Positions 30,150 to 39,687 of a stretch of DNA of 64,000 nt are shown here, piece by piece. The DNA lies in contig JANRKS010000002.1 in the NCBI GenBank assembly GCA_033763315.1, positions 96,001 to 160,000 on the forward strand, in the 5' to 3' direction. The first letter of the stretch is position 1, and every line of letters begins with the position of its first letter. Under the pieces are notes generated by a model. It was not told the DNA's origin and ran no database searches. It saw only the letters and a program-made list of their open reading frames with translations. The translations under genes were made by a program, and so were the position numbers. This DNA is from Deltaproteobacteria bacterium. GTDB taxonomy: Bacteria > Myxococcota_A > Polyangia > Fen-1088.

Positions 30150-32210
30150 ATGACAACGAACGACGGTGGCGGCGAAAACCGGCCGGGGGCAGGGCTAAGC
30201 ATCCACGCTTTGCGCCGGTTGATTCTGACCGCGTTGGTGGTTTCCGTCTCTGTCAGTTCGGTTGGCGTGTTCTTGCTGGTTCACCAGATATTCGCCAACT
30301 TCGGCCCAGCTGTAGAGAAGGATCTGGAATGGCGTGCCGTGCGTGGCGCGCGGGAGCTTTCGGCTGCCAGTGCCTTGGGTTTGGCGGTCAGCGACGCCCA
30401 AACGGCGAAAGAGCATTGGATCGATCACATCAAATCACCCGATGTTTTGGCCATCGTGGCTGTGAACGCGGAAGGCGTCGAGGTGGCCCGGCACGGGCAA
30501 ACGACCTTGCGTCTGGACGAGCTGTTCGCGGGAAAGCCCGGCAAGGTGGTGCGGTCCGACAAGTACTTTCTCTCGTGGTCTGATGCGCTCGTTGAAGGTG
30601 GATCCGTGGGCCGCTTGGCCGTCGTGATTGGCACCAAGCGTCTCGTTGAATCGCAGGCGCTGCTGCAAAAGGTGCGCATCACCACGGGCGCCTCCGCGTT
30701 CTTCGCCCTGGTCGGCGGCATTTTGTTCATCACCTTCTTCACGCGCGCCATTATCAAGCGCGACGCGCAGCTAGCGGAATATGCGGCCACCTTGGAGAAA
30801 AAGGTGGAGGCCCGCACCGCGGAGCTAGACGAACGCAACCGCGGTATGCGGCTTGTGCTCGATAATGTGAGTCAGGGTTTCGTGACCGTCAGTCTTGCGG
30901 GGGTCATGGCACCCGAACGATCCGCCGTGGTTGACCAGTGGCTTGGGACGCCGAAGGAAGGGCAAACCTTCGATTCCTTTGTTCGTCCCTTCGATCCCCA
31001 CGCGGCCGATTGGTTCTCGCAGGGCCTCGTTGAAATTGCCGAAGACATCATGCCCCTTGAGCTTTTGATCGAGCAGCTCCCCAAGCGTGTGCGAGTCATG
31101 ACGATGACCCTTGCGGCCTCGTACATTCCGATCATGCGCGCCCAGAAGGTTGAAAACATCTTGGTCGTGTTGACAGACATCACAGCGGCCTTGGAGCGTG
31201 AACGGCTGGAGCGCGAGCAAAAGGAGACTTTGGCCATGTTCGGGGCCATATCCAGCGATCGCAGCGGTTTTGTGGATTTTCTTGAGGACGCCGAGCGCAT
31301 GGTCAAATCCATCACGGAGGCCGAGGACGATGACTTCGACACCGAGAAGCGCCTCATCCATACGCTCAAGGGAAACGCTGGTCTGTACGGCTTAAACAGT
31401 GTTGTGGCTGTATGCCATGACATCGAATCACGTATGGTGGAGGACGGCGAACGACTTAGGCCCCAAGAGCGCTCCTTGGTGCAATCAGCCTGGAGCCCCG
31501 TTGCCGCGGCCGCTCGAGCTCTGCTGGGGGAAGGGGCCAAGGGGCTGGTCATCGAACAGCGAGACTACGATAAACTTGCGCAGCTTATGCAGTCGGGTGC
31601 TTCGCTTGTGGCGCTACAGAAGGAGCTGGCTTCGTGGCAACATGAACCGGTCAACTTGCGCCTGGAACGGCTGGCCACGCAAGCACGCCAACTGGCCCAC
31701 AAGATTGGCAAGCCGGGTATACGCATTCTCACGGACGCGGATGGCGTAAGGCTTGATCCGAAACCATGGCTTGGTTTTTGGTCCGCGTTCGTGCACGTCG
31801 TTCGTAACGCGGTTGATCACGGCATTGAACCGCCCGACACGCGCGTCGATAAGGGCAAGCCCGCGCACGGCAACCTGTGGCTGTCTGCGCGGCTTGAGGC
31901 GGGCGCTTTCATCGTTTCAGCCCGTGACGACGGCAAAGGCATCGATTGGGTGAAATTGGCTGCGAAGGCCGCCGAAAAAGGGCTCCCAGCGAACACGCGT
32001 CCAGAGCTTGAGACCGCTTTGTTTTCAGATGGGGTCTCGACCCTCGACAGCGCCACGACTGTGTCGGGGCGTGGTGTGGGGATGGCAGCTGTACGCCAAG
32101 AGGTACTGGACCGTGGCGGCAAGATCAGCATCCATTCAGAGCTTGGCCTCGGCACCACATTCGAGTTTTCTTTCCCCTATCCGTTGGCGAGCGCTGTGCG
32201 TGCGGCCTAG
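30150..32210 (+). CDS. Class III histidine kinase 1 (TM-periplasmic-TM, PAS-like, HPt, CheA-type HATPase, no CheW domain)
   Basis: Two TMs, RLVLDNVSQG, IHTLKGNAG, HVVRNAVDHGIE, DDGKGID, SGRGVGM; ends right after the kinase domain. Confidence 0.85.
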   Translation: MTTNDGGGENRPGAGLSIHALRRLILTALVVSVSVSSVGVFLLVHQIFANFGPAVEKDLEWRAVRGARELSAASALGLAVSDAQTAKEHWIDHIKSPDVLAIVAVNAEGVEVARHGQTTLRLDELFAGKPGKVVRSDKYFLSWSDALVEGGSVGRLAVVIGTKRLVESQALLQKVRITTGASAFFALVGGILFITFFTRAIIKRDAQLAEYAATLEKKVEARTAELDERNRGMRLVLDNVSQGFVTVSLAGVMAPERSAVVDQWLGTPKEGQTFDSFVRPFDPHAADWFSQGLVEIAEDIMPLELLIEQLPKRVRVMTMTLAASYIPIMRAQKVENILVVLTDITAALERERLEREQKETLAMFGAISSDRSGFVDFLEDAERMVKSITEAEDDDFDTEKRLIHTLKGNAGLYGLNSVVAVCHDIESRMVEDGERLRPQERSLVQSAWSPVAAAARALLGEGAKGLVIEQRDYDKLAQLMQSGASLVALQKELASWQHEPVNLRLERLATQARQLAHKIGKPGIRILTDADGVRLDPKPWLGFWSAFVHVVRNAVDHGIEPPDTRVDKGKPAHGNLWLSARLEAGAFIVSARDDGKGIDWVKLAAKAAEKGLPANTRPELETALFSDGVSTLDSATTVSGRGVGMAAVRQEVLDRGGKISIHSELGLGTTFEFSFPYPLASAVRAA

Positions 32211-32278
32211 GTCGCTAACCGCGGGCCCACGCTCGTGATCGTTGTGCAAGCGAGGCCACCCCTCTTGATATTTTTCAT

Positions 32279-32306
32279 TAAAGCGGCTGGCGCCTCCACC
32301 CGATAG
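32279..32306 (+). promoter_or_regulatory. Candidate sigma-28 promoter
   Basis: TAAAG-N15-CCCGATAG upstream of the PBP/barrel/lipoprotein genes. Confidence 0.5.
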
Positions 32307-32366
32307 CCCTCGTGCATTCAAGCAAGTGCCGGGTCAAGTGAAAAGGCCGCCAGTGCCGGAGGTTTT

Positions 32367-32855
32367 ATGAAAGCGAGAGATGTCATTTCCCGCAGGGCGT
32401 TCGTCCGCGGCGCTTCTTTGGCCGCAGCGGCCGGTGGCTTAAGCTTGTTGCCGTGTCCCGCGCACGCACAAGCTGAACTGGTGGTGGTGGTGAACGCGCA
32501 AGCGGACACGGGGCCGCTCAATGAAGCGCAGTTGGCTTCGATATTCACTGGCGGCGATAAGGCGTGGAAGAACGGTAAACCCATCAAGGTCTTCAACCTC
32601 GCGGCGCAGACACCGGAACGAGCCCAGTTTGACAAGGTCGTTCTGAAAAAGACCCCCGAACAAGTGTCTCAGTACTGGGTCGATAAGTTGGTCCGTGGCG
32701 AGGGACAGCCACCCACGCAGGTACCTCGCGTTGAACTTATGGCAAAGGTTGTGGCGTCGTTGCCGGGTGCCATTGGTTACGTCACGCCTGACAAGGTCGA
32801 TGCAAAACTCATCGTGGTGGCCCGCATTCGCGGTGGAAAGGTGGTGGCGCCATGA
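32367..32855 (+). CDS. Small periplasmic binding protein (PstS-like single lobe) with Tat-like signal
   Basis: SRRAFV signal, AHA cleavage, LVVVVN, IFTG....W.NG.PI, YW......G..PP, PGAIGYV. Confidence 0.75.
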   Translation: MKARDVISRRAFVRGASLAAAAGGLSLLPCPAHAQAELVVVVNAQADTGPLNEAQLASIFTGGDKAWKNGKPIKVFNLAAQTPERAQFDKVVLKKTPEQVSQYWVDKLVRGEGQPPTQVPRVELMAKVVASLPGAIGYVTPDKVDAKLIVVARIRGGKVVAP

Positions 32856-34402
32856 ACTCCTACTTGCGAGCAAACGAGGTAAAGGGAATGAGGCTTAGGT
32901 TCTTTGCAAAAACGGCTCGCACCACAGCTTGTGCGCTTGCGTGCACAGCTCTGCTTGGGTCTTCGCTCGCCAGCGCGGCCCCCGCCCCGGCGAACGCCGA
33001 CATCGAGGCGCTCAAGAAGGAGCTTGCTGAGCTCAAAGCAGAGTTAGGCGCGCAGCGCGAGAAAGTTGATGCGGCTTCTGCCAAAGCCGTGGAGCGTGCG
33101 GTCGTCGAGGTTGTTGATCAAGCCACGCCCGCAAGCAACACGGAACTCGAAACTGTGAAGCAAGAGTTGGCCGCCATCAAGGCGGAAATGGCCTCGGCGG
33201 CTGAAGCCCAGCTTGCCAAAGAGATGGAAGAGCTGCAGGCGGCCGACGCCGAGCGCGAAAAGCCATCCCTCAAGATCTATGGCTTCCTGGACGCCGGTCT
33301 GTCGAAAGCGTGGTTGTCGAATCAGAATCCGTTCGGACCTGCCTATCCGTTCAAAAATGCGACGTTCGTGCCTGGCAATATGAATCTGTATTTCGACGGG
33401 CGGCCGTCGCCCTACTTCCGCGCTTTGCTAGAAACGCGTTACTCGTTCTATCCCCACGGTGATGTTCCAACCACCGGCACCGATGTCAAGCGCACCGATA
33501 CGCGCCTGCTCGATACCTTCAGCACCTCTGGATACAACAAGGTTGTTTGGGGCGGCACGATCATCGAACGCGCCCAGATGGACTGGCTGCCAAAGCAAGA
33601 ATTTAACCTGCGTATCGGATACTTTTTAACGCCCTACGGGATCTGGAACGTAGACCATGGCACGCCCACGCTCATCTCGATGCTGCTGCCGCAATTTCAG
33701 GTGGAAGAAGCGATCCCTCAACGCCAAACGGGTGTGCAGGCCTTTGGCTCTCACAGCGTCGCTCCGTTCGAGGTGGGTTACAACGCCTATATCAGCAACG
33801 GCCGCGCGCCTTTCATCATGCGGACGGCGCCTGGCTTCGGCTCGGGCGGCAGGCTTTACCTGCGGCACATGGGCACCGCCACCACCACGGTGGGCACAAG
33901 TTGGTACTACAGCACGTTCCAGCAAGACAAGCTTGGATTCAAGCTTTCGCCTGAGTTCTCGCTCACGTCGGCGGCCGTGTACAAAGGAACAGAGTGGGCG
34001 GTTGGCGCAGATCTTTCTGTCGACTACGGCCCCTTGCGCATCCGCAGCGAAGGCCTGATTCGCCATGTGAAATATGACGAAGGTTTCCACGAGCCCACAA
34101 GCGAATTTGGTACCAGCAATAAGCCGAACCGCTACGAGAACTATGGTTACGTGATCGCTGCCTACCGCATTGGCAAGTACTTCGAACCCTATTGGTATCA
34201 AGAAATTAAATGGGGGCGGCCCGCGTATACCTCTGCGGAGATCGCGAACGTGACCTCCGGCGGCCTGAACATCTACTTCACGGCCCAGACGATGTTGAAG
34301 CTCCAGTACGTCTACTTGAACTTTTACAATCGAAACGAGGCGCCCGATCCTGACAACCAGGATCTGAAATACTTCATCTCCCGCTTCATCACCGTGTTCT
34401 AG
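32852..34402 (+). CDS. Outer-membrane beta-barrel (porin-like) with N-terminal coiled coil
   Basis: Signal peptide (likely start 32888), ~85 aa coiled coil, KIYGFLD, IERA..DW...FNLRIGYFLTPYGIWN, C-terminal Phe. Confidence 0.75.
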   Translation: MNSYLRANEVKGMRLRFFAKTARTTACALACTALLGSSLASAAPAPANADIEALKKELAELKAELGAQREKVDAASAKAVERAVVEVVDQATPASNTELETVKQELAAIKAEMASAAEAQLAKEMEELQAADAEREKPSLKIYGFLDAGLSKAWLSNQNPFGPAYPFKNATFVPGNMNLYFDGRPSPYFRALLETRYSFYPHGDVPTTGTDVKRTDTRLLDTFSTSGYNKVVWGGTIIERAQMDWLPKQEFNLRIGYFLTPYGIWNVDHGTPTLISMLLPQFQVEEAIPQRQTGVQAFGSHSVAPFEVGYNAYISNGRAPFIMRTAPGFGSGGRLYLRHMGTATTTVGTSWYYSTFQQDKLGFKLSPEFSLTSAAVYKGTEWAVGADLSVDYGPLRIRSEGLIRHVKYDEGFHEPTSEFGTSNKPNRYENYGYVIAAYRIGKYFEPYWYQEIKWGRPAYTSAEIANVTSGGLNIYFTAQTMLKLQYVYLNFYNRNEAPDPDNQDLKYFISRFITVF

Positions 34403-34411
34403 GACCCCCTC

Positions 34412-34813
34412 ATGCGAGCCATGCATCTCATCACCATGTTGTCGTTGATGTTGGGTTTCACCGCCATCGCCTGCACAGAAGACGATCCGTGTGACCCCGG
34501 CTTCATTCACGTCAAATCCGCGTGCGTGAAGCTGCCGCCAGCCCCCGTGGCACCCAACCTAGATGCGGCCGACGACGCCGCCAGCCCCGACGCCATGGCG
34601 GCCAAAACTTCAGAGTTGGGGGACCCATGCACAAGCAACGCCGATTGCGTGGGCGCTAACAACATATGCATCAACGACTTCTCCAACCCTATGTACTGCA
34701 CCAAGAGTTGCGTACAAGGCGACCCCTCCGCTTGTCCCGCCACATGGACGTGTTTCAATGCAGAGCCCTTTCTCCCCGGGACAGGGCAGATCTGCGCCAA
34801 ACCTCGAAAGTAG
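34412..34813 (+). CDS. Cys-rich lipoprotein A (8-Cys C-terminal domain)
   Basis: Lipobox AIAC, Asp/Ala linker, C-x5-C-x6-C-x9-C-x3-C-x7-C-x5-C-x13-C. Confidence 0.75.
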   Translation: MRAMHLITMLSLMLGFTAIACTEDDPCDPGFIHVKSACVKLPPAPVAPNLDAADDAASPDAMAAKTSELGDPCTSNADCVGANNICINDFSNPMYCTKSCVQGDPSACPATWTCFNAEPFLPGTGQICAKPRK

Positions 34814-34816
34814 CTC

Positions 34817-35314
34817 ATGACCATGTTTAAGAACGCTCTGTTGACGATTGGCGTGGTTGCGCTTGCGATGTCTGCAGGCTGCGACAAGGATCCCGGATGT
34901 CCCGACAATGGGGTTTTCGGCAAGTACGGTTGCGAACCAGCCACCGACGCGGCGGCTGACGTGGCAATGAGCACGAACGGTTCAGACGTCAGACCTGCAA
35001 CTGACGGTTCAACGGTAGACGCCGCAACGGACGGCCCCGCAGCCATCCGCGACGCGGGCTCCGACGACGCCATGTCCGTTGCAGACACAGGCGCAGGCGA
35101 CGCAGCGCCTTCCTTTGGGTCGGCCTGTTCGTCGAACGCCCAGTGCACGGGTGCCGTTGACTATTGCAGCAAGCAGCCAGGTGCGCCCGTCGGCTATTGC
35201 ACGCACACGGGATGCAACACGATGCCTGCGATTTGTCCCGCGAATTGGTCTTGCCTTAACTTGGGCATGTTCGCGCCGAATCTGCCCCACGTGTGTGCCA
35301 AGCCAGCGACGTAG
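34817..35314 (+). CDS. Cys-rich lipoprotein B (paralog of A)
   Basis: Lipobox SAGC, DA-rich linker, C-x5-C-x6-C-x10-C-x4-C-x6-C-x5-C-x13-C. Confidence 0.75.
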   Translation: MTMFKNALLTIGVVALAMSAGCDKDPGCPDNGVFGKYGCEPATDAAADVAMSTNGSDVRPATDGSTVDAATDGPAAIRDAGSDDAMSVADTGAGDAAPSFGSACSSNAQCTGAVDYCSKQPGAPVGYCTHTGCNTMPAICPANWSCLNLGMFAPNLPHVCAKPAT

Positions 35315-35328
35315 GACTCAAAGTTAGC

Positions 35329-35363
35329 CGGCGCAAAGTATTGATTTGCGCCGACCTTCTTCT
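35329..35363 (+). terminator. Probable intrinsic terminator
   Basis: CGGCGCAAA-N7-TTTGCGCCG perfect stem followed by a pyrimidine tract, between convergent genes. Confidence 0.5.
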
Positions 35364-35422
35364 TCCGTGTACTCCGAAAACCTTCTGGGCGTGATCGATA
35401 AGATCTCGTCTCTACGTTCGCG

Positions 35423-35947
35423 CTAGAACATCAACGATTCACCTTCTTCTACGGCTGCCTGCGTCTCGTCACGTTCGAACGACATCTCAAAACCGTCCAA
35501 GAGTTCGATATCGATCCACACCGTGATAACGCCGCCGGGCGCATCGAACACCAAGGGGCGAAGGCAAGAGCTCGCCTCCATGAAGATGTGCTCACCACGC
35601 AAGACCACGGGGGTGCTGATCGAAATGTCCACCTTGTGGGGCAGCATGCGGTTCTTCACGCGTCCGGCCAGCTGGTTCGAAAGCTCTGCGGTCCAATCGC
35701 GCTGCGAACCAGCGCCTGTAACAGGGTTTGATCGCGCCAAGGGCTCTGCGGTGGCTGAAAGTACGAGGCTGCCGCGAAAGTTGTCAGCCGTGAATCCGAC
35801 GATGCCACAGTAAAGGATGCCGTCTGCCCCGCCCGCGGCCCCCGAGCCGTTTTCAGAGACATGAACGTTGTAGTCCTGAAACAGCTTGACGCAGCTCTCG
35901 GTGGTAAGCGTTTCCAAGAAACTTCTAACTTGCTTCTCATCGGTCAT
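35423..35947 (-). CDS. cheX: CheX-like phosphatase (class III kinase-associated type)
   Basis: GIVGFTA..FRGSL, DWTAELSNQLAGRVK, ISTPVVLRG; ends EGESLMF. Confidence 0.85.
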   Translation of the reverse strand: MTDEKQVRSFLETLTTESCVKLFQDYNVHVSENGSGAAGGADGILYCGIVGFTADNFRGSLVLSATAEPLARSNPVTGAGSQRDWTAELSNQLAGRVKNRMLPHKVDISISTPVVLRGEHIFMEASSCLRPLVFDAPGGVITVWIDIELLDGFEMSFERDETQAAVEEGESLMF

Positions 35948-36066
35948 CTCGTCATTCCTTTCCTCAGCCAACCAACGCAGAGGCCGCCGGCGGACGTCGT
36001 GGTGGTAACGCGCCCTCCACGTCGGTCCCTGCTTTCCCCGTGCTTCTCGTACTTTCCTGCCCGCTG

Positions 36067-36094
36067 AAATCGGAGGCCCAGCAACGGAACTTGA
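36067..36094 (-). promoter_or_regulatory. Candidate sigma-28 promoter (toward cheX)
   Basis: Minus strand TCAAG-N15-TCCGATTT. Confidence 0.45.
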
Positions 36095-36118
36095 GCAGTG
36101 CGTTTCTCTGTTTCAGAT

Positions 36119-36146
36119 TCAAGTTGGCCAGGCGCAGAACCGATAC
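36119..36146 (+). promoter_or_regulatory. Candidate sigma-28 promoter (toward cheY)
   Basis: TCAAG-N15-ACCGATAC; back-to-back with the previous site. Confidence 0.55.
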
Positions 36147-36191
36147 GAACATTGGGCTTTTCGTTCATTTTGCAAACAGGAAGGTAGAGGA

Positions 36192-36560
36192 ATGAAGCGC
36201 ATTTTGGTCGTAGACGATTCGCCGAGCGTCAGGCAGCAAGTGAGCATGTCGTTGACCCAGGCCGGTTATGATGTGGTGGAAGCAGGCGATGGCACCGAGG
36301 GCGTAAGTAAGATCGCAAGCGATCGCGCCATTGGCCTTGTTATCTGCGACGTCAACATGCCGCGCATGAACGGGCTCGAAATGATCGAGGTCGTGAAGAA
36401 GGAGCCCAGCAACGCGAGCCTGCCAATCATCGTGCTGACGAGCGAAGGACAACCCGCGCTGATAGAACGCGCGAAGAAGGCGGGTGCCAAGGGATGGATT
36501 GTAAAACCCTTCAAGGCCGACTTGCTTGTGGCCGCCGTGAAGAAGCTGCTCGCTGCCTGA
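36192..36560 (+). CDS. cheY: CheY-like single-domain response regulator
   Basis: ILVVDDS, CDVNMP, LTSE, GWIVKPF. Confidence 0.95.
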   Translation: MKRILVVDDSPSVRQQVSMSLTQAGYDVVEAGDGTEGVSKIASDRAIGLVICDVNMPRMNGLEMIEVVKKEPSNASLPIIVLTSEGQPALIERAKKAGAKGWIVKPFKADLLVAAVKKLLAA

Positions 36561-36566
36561 GGTTCG

Positions 36567-37499
36567 ATGGACTCTGAAGACGCATCCACGCCTCCGATCG
36601 GCGATAAGGCGGTTGAGATCAGCATCACGCTGCGATCCACGCTGGCCCAGCGGATCAGCGAAGTCGTAGCCATGACTGAACGAGAGGTCATGGCCGCCGC
36701 TGAGAGTGTGCATAGCATCGTTGGGGTTGCGTCTGGCCAGGTCACCGCGCTTAAGGAAGTCATTCGGAATTCCACGGATGGAGCCGGTGAATCCTCAATG
36801 GGTCGTGCCATATCGTTGCAGCTAGGAAGCGCGACGAGTTTTGCCAAAGACCTGGCAATGCGTATCGAAGAGCAAAGGCAGATTGCGCGTGCGGCGGCAG
36901 ACAGCGCGGCCGGCATTTCAGAAGCGGCGTCGAGCGTGCAGGGGTTGACCCGACGAGCAAACATCCTGGCGCTCAATGCGCGGATTGAAGCCACTCGTCT
37001 TGCGGGCAACGCCCAGGGCTTCTCCGTCATTGCCACGGACATGAAGAACCTAAGCCAGGCCATCGCCGATTTGAACGGGACAATTTCGGGGCTCGCACGA
37101 ACCGTGCAGTCGTTGATTCCGAAGTTGGCGTCAGGCGTGGAAACGATGAGCCTGAAGTCGCACGACTTTTCCGAAACGTTGCGCGCGGGCATGTCGGAAA
37201 TTGAAGAGGTGTCGATTCGTCAACGCAATGAGGTCAACCAAGCGTTGGAGACGAGTGATCAAGCGATGAGCCGAATCATCCGCGCGTCGCACCAAGCCCT
37301 TTCCCACCTGCAGTTTCAAGACGCTGTGGCGCAGGGACTCATGCGCTTGGATAGCCGCGCAAGAGACGCTGTGGTGGAGCTCTGCAAGTTGAGCGGCCGG
37401 GAAGACCGGATCGCTGGTCTGGCGCCGGCGATGCACATTGAAATGGGTGGCGAGAAGCCTGTTGAGCAGACCAACGCCGGCGAAGTGACGTTGTTCTAA
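36567..37499 (+). CDS. Soluble, unorthodox chemoreceptor-like protein
   Basis: No TM; ANILALNARIEATRLAGNAQGFSVIA tip; LQFQDAVAQ; ends GEVTLF. Confidence 0.8.
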   Translation: MDSEDASTPPIGDKAVEISITLRSTLAQRISEVVAMTEREVMAAAESVHSIVGVASGQVTALKEVIRNSTDGAGESSMGRAISLQLGSATSFAKDLAMRIEEQRQIARAAADSAAGISEAASSVQGLTRRANILALNARIEATRLAGNAQGFSVIATDMKNLSQAIADLNGTISGLARTVQSLIPKLASGVETMSLKSHDFSETLRAGMSEIEEVSIRQRNEVNQALETSDQAMSRIIRASHQALSHLQFQDAVAQGLMRLDSRARDAVVELCKLSGREDRIAGLAPAMHIEMGGEKPVEQTNAGEVTLF

Positions 37500-37558
37500 G
37501 CTCCTCTGGGCGACGAAGCGCTCGCCCGGGCATCACCGAGGGCCAACAAGCGGAGCCG

Positions 37559-39670
37559 CTATGCCGCGGACGCGGATTGCCACCATGTGGCGTTCGCCAA
37601 CGGCAGCTCTATATCGAACCGGGTGCCGCTCCCTGGCTTCGTTTCGACCCTCATCGCACCGCCTTGGACAAGCACAGCGTCTCGCAGCGCGCCCACGCCC
37701 ACGCCACGCCCAGAATTCTCTGTGACTTCACTTGCGGTGGAAGCCCCCCGCGCGCAAACCAGGTCTATCAGCGACCAAGACGCCGCAGCGGCGCCATGAA
37801 TCTGCGTCACCTTTTCACGCAGGCGTTCCACGTCGATGCCACGGCCGTCGTCCTCGATGCTCAACCTCAAAATGCCGTTTTCTGCGCGGCCACGCAGCAC
37901 CACTGTCCCCGTGCGGTCCTTGCCTCGATCGGCCCGTTCCTCCGGCGATTCAATTCCGTGATCCACTGCGTTGCGAATCGCATGAACCATCGACGCCCAT
38001 ACGCCGTCAAACTGCTTTCGATCCATGCGAATGTCGTGGCAATCAACCACCACGTCAACATCCTTGGCCATGCGCTCGCCGATGCGCTTGGCGTGCCCAC
38101 CCAACTGCTCCAGAATGCGTTCAGCCCGTGTGAGTCTCCACGATGAAACGCGGGCCGCGGTCGCGGGATCTCGATGCAATAACGTTTGGCGCAGCCACTC
38201 GAATTCGTCCGGCTGCACCTGCACCATATCCTGGCTCTGACCCGCCAGGGCTTCAACGCGCTTGCGGCTCTCGGCAAACATCTCCTCCAACTGTTCGAAG
38301 CGAGACGGGTCCAGGGCTTTCCCCGTTTCAGCGATCTCGTCTTCCAGTTTGTGGCACGCCTCAGCCATTCGGCCAAAGCCAATCATACCTGCATTTCCCT
38401 TGAGCGTATGCAGATCAGCCTGCTGCCGGATGATCCCACCTTGTTTCATCAAATCAAGACGCCGCAAGCTGTCCTCGACAAAGCCCGTATACAGTTCTGG
38501 ATCGCGAAAGCACAGGCCCACAACGCTGAAGACTTCTTTTGATTCGGCTTCTTGTGCCTCTGCCTCTCGTTGTGCGGTCACGTCTGAAATGACCACCAGG
38601 ACGCCGGCCAACTTCTCGACGCTGCCAACGGCGCGGTAGCTGAGGCCGTAGATCGTTTTGCCGATCTTCAAGTCCTTGGGCATCAGGTCGGCGGCACACT
38701 CGAACGGGAAGATCTCGGACGCCATTTGATCGAACGCCACACTGAATTTTTCAGCGAACCCTGGGCATTGGGCTCCTAGATGCTCCCAAACGGGCACACC
38801 TTCGGGAATCTCTCCAAACCAATCGTTCGTGCGTTTCGAGCACGCGCCAGCGAGCCGCCCATCCATCCCGATAGGTATCAAGGCATCGCCCGTGCTGTCC
38901 AACACCAGCCGCAGGCGCGCGGTTCGATCTGTGATCTGTTCGGCCATGTTGTTGAACGATCTGGCCAGTTCACCCAGTTCGTCTTTGGCATCCGTGTTCA
39001 CAAGCAGCCGTTCGCCTTGCGCCAACGCGCGCACGCCTGCCAGCAGTTTGTTGATGGGGGTTGTGATGCGCGTAAGCACGAAGGCCATGACCAGCAAGGC
39101 GACGAACAGACCCACCGCGGCCACGGTCCAGAACATCTTGACCGGTGCGCGGACGTCCTTTCGAACGCCCACAAGGCTGGCGTCAACACCCTTGCCGATG
39201 CTGATTTTGAGCTTTGCAAGTGTTCCAAGGGCATCTGTGATCGCCTCTTCCAATTGCAGCGCTTCAATTTCATCTAACGCCTTGCCTCTTGACGCTGTCG
39301 TCTTCTCCTGTGCGTCGGAAAAGGTCTTCGACGCTTCCAACAACGACTTCATCACGTCACCTTGCGGGCTGCGGGCAATGGCCCGCTGCAAGTGTTGTTG
39401 AGCGTCTGTCAGAGTCGCAAGGAACCTCACCTGCAAGCCGTCGTCGGGGGGATCGGCCCAGCCTCGGGAAAGCGTTTTGGTCAAGGAATCGCCGTTGTCC
39501 AAGGTGTTGGTCAGGCGAATCAACAGTTCTGATTCGCTCGATACGCGGTCAACAGTGCGCGCGATGCTCGCAAACTGAACCGTTCCCAAGATCGTTACAG
39601 AAAGAAGAAGAGCCGCCAGAAGGCCCGTCGTGGCCATCAAACGGAACCGGATGCTGCTGAGCCAATTCAT
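37559..39670 (-). CDS. Class III histidine kinase 2 (TM-helical periplasmic domain-TM-HAMP, PAS-like, HPt, HATPase; no CheW)
   Basis: DELGELARSFNNM (HAMP), RLVLDSTGD, LHTLKGNAG, HAIRNAVDHGIE, DDGRGID, SGRGVG. Confidence 0.85.
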   Translation of the reverse strand: MNWLSSIRFRLMATTGLLAALLLSVTILGTVQFASIARTVDRVSSESELLIRLTNTLDNGDSLTKTLSRGWADPPDDGLQVRFLATLTDAQQHLQRAIARSPQGDVMKSLLEASKTFSDAQEKTTASRGKALDEIEALQLEEAITDALGTLAKLKISIGKGVDASLVGVRKDVRAPVKMFWTVAAVGLFVALLVMAFVLTRITTPINKLLAGVRALAQGERLLVNTDAKDELGELARSFNNMAEQITDRTARLRLVLDSTGDALIPIGMDGRLAGACSKRTNDWFGEIPEGVPVWEHLGAQCPGFAEKFSVAFDQMASEIFPFECAADLMPKDLKIGKTIYGLSYRAVGSVEKLAGVLVVISDVTAQREAEAQEAESKEVFSVVGLCFRDPELYTGFVEDSLRRLDLMKQGGIIRQQADLHTLKGNAGMIGFGRMAEACHKLEDEIAETGKALDPSRFEQLEEMFAESRKRVEALAGQSQDMVQVQPDEFEWLRQTLLHRDPATAARVSSWRLTRAERILEQLGGHAKRIGERMAKDVDVVVDCHDIRMDRKQFDGVWASMVHAIRNAVDHGIESPEERADRGKDRTGTVVLRGRAENGILRLSIEDDGRGIDVERLREKVTQIHGAAAASWSLIDLVCARGASTASEVTENSGRGVGVGALRDAVLVQGGAMRVETKPGSGTRFDIELPLANATWWQSASAA

Positions 39671-39687
39671 GGTGTCACCGCGCCCAA

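Noticed and set aside
32367-32855. PBPs as part of a phosphate (Pst) ABC transporter
   Set aside because: Half the size of PstS and no pstC/A/B or phoU nearby
35944-36168. 74-aa ORF upstream of cheX
   Set aside because: Spans the divergent promoter pair, has no recognisable motif and leaves no room for its own promoter
36266-37192. Long antisense ORFs opposite MCP/che genes (also 22698-23276, 46863-47699, 16070-16708, 33626-34510, 62991-63851)
   Set aside because: Codon-bias shadows of well-supported genes on the other strand
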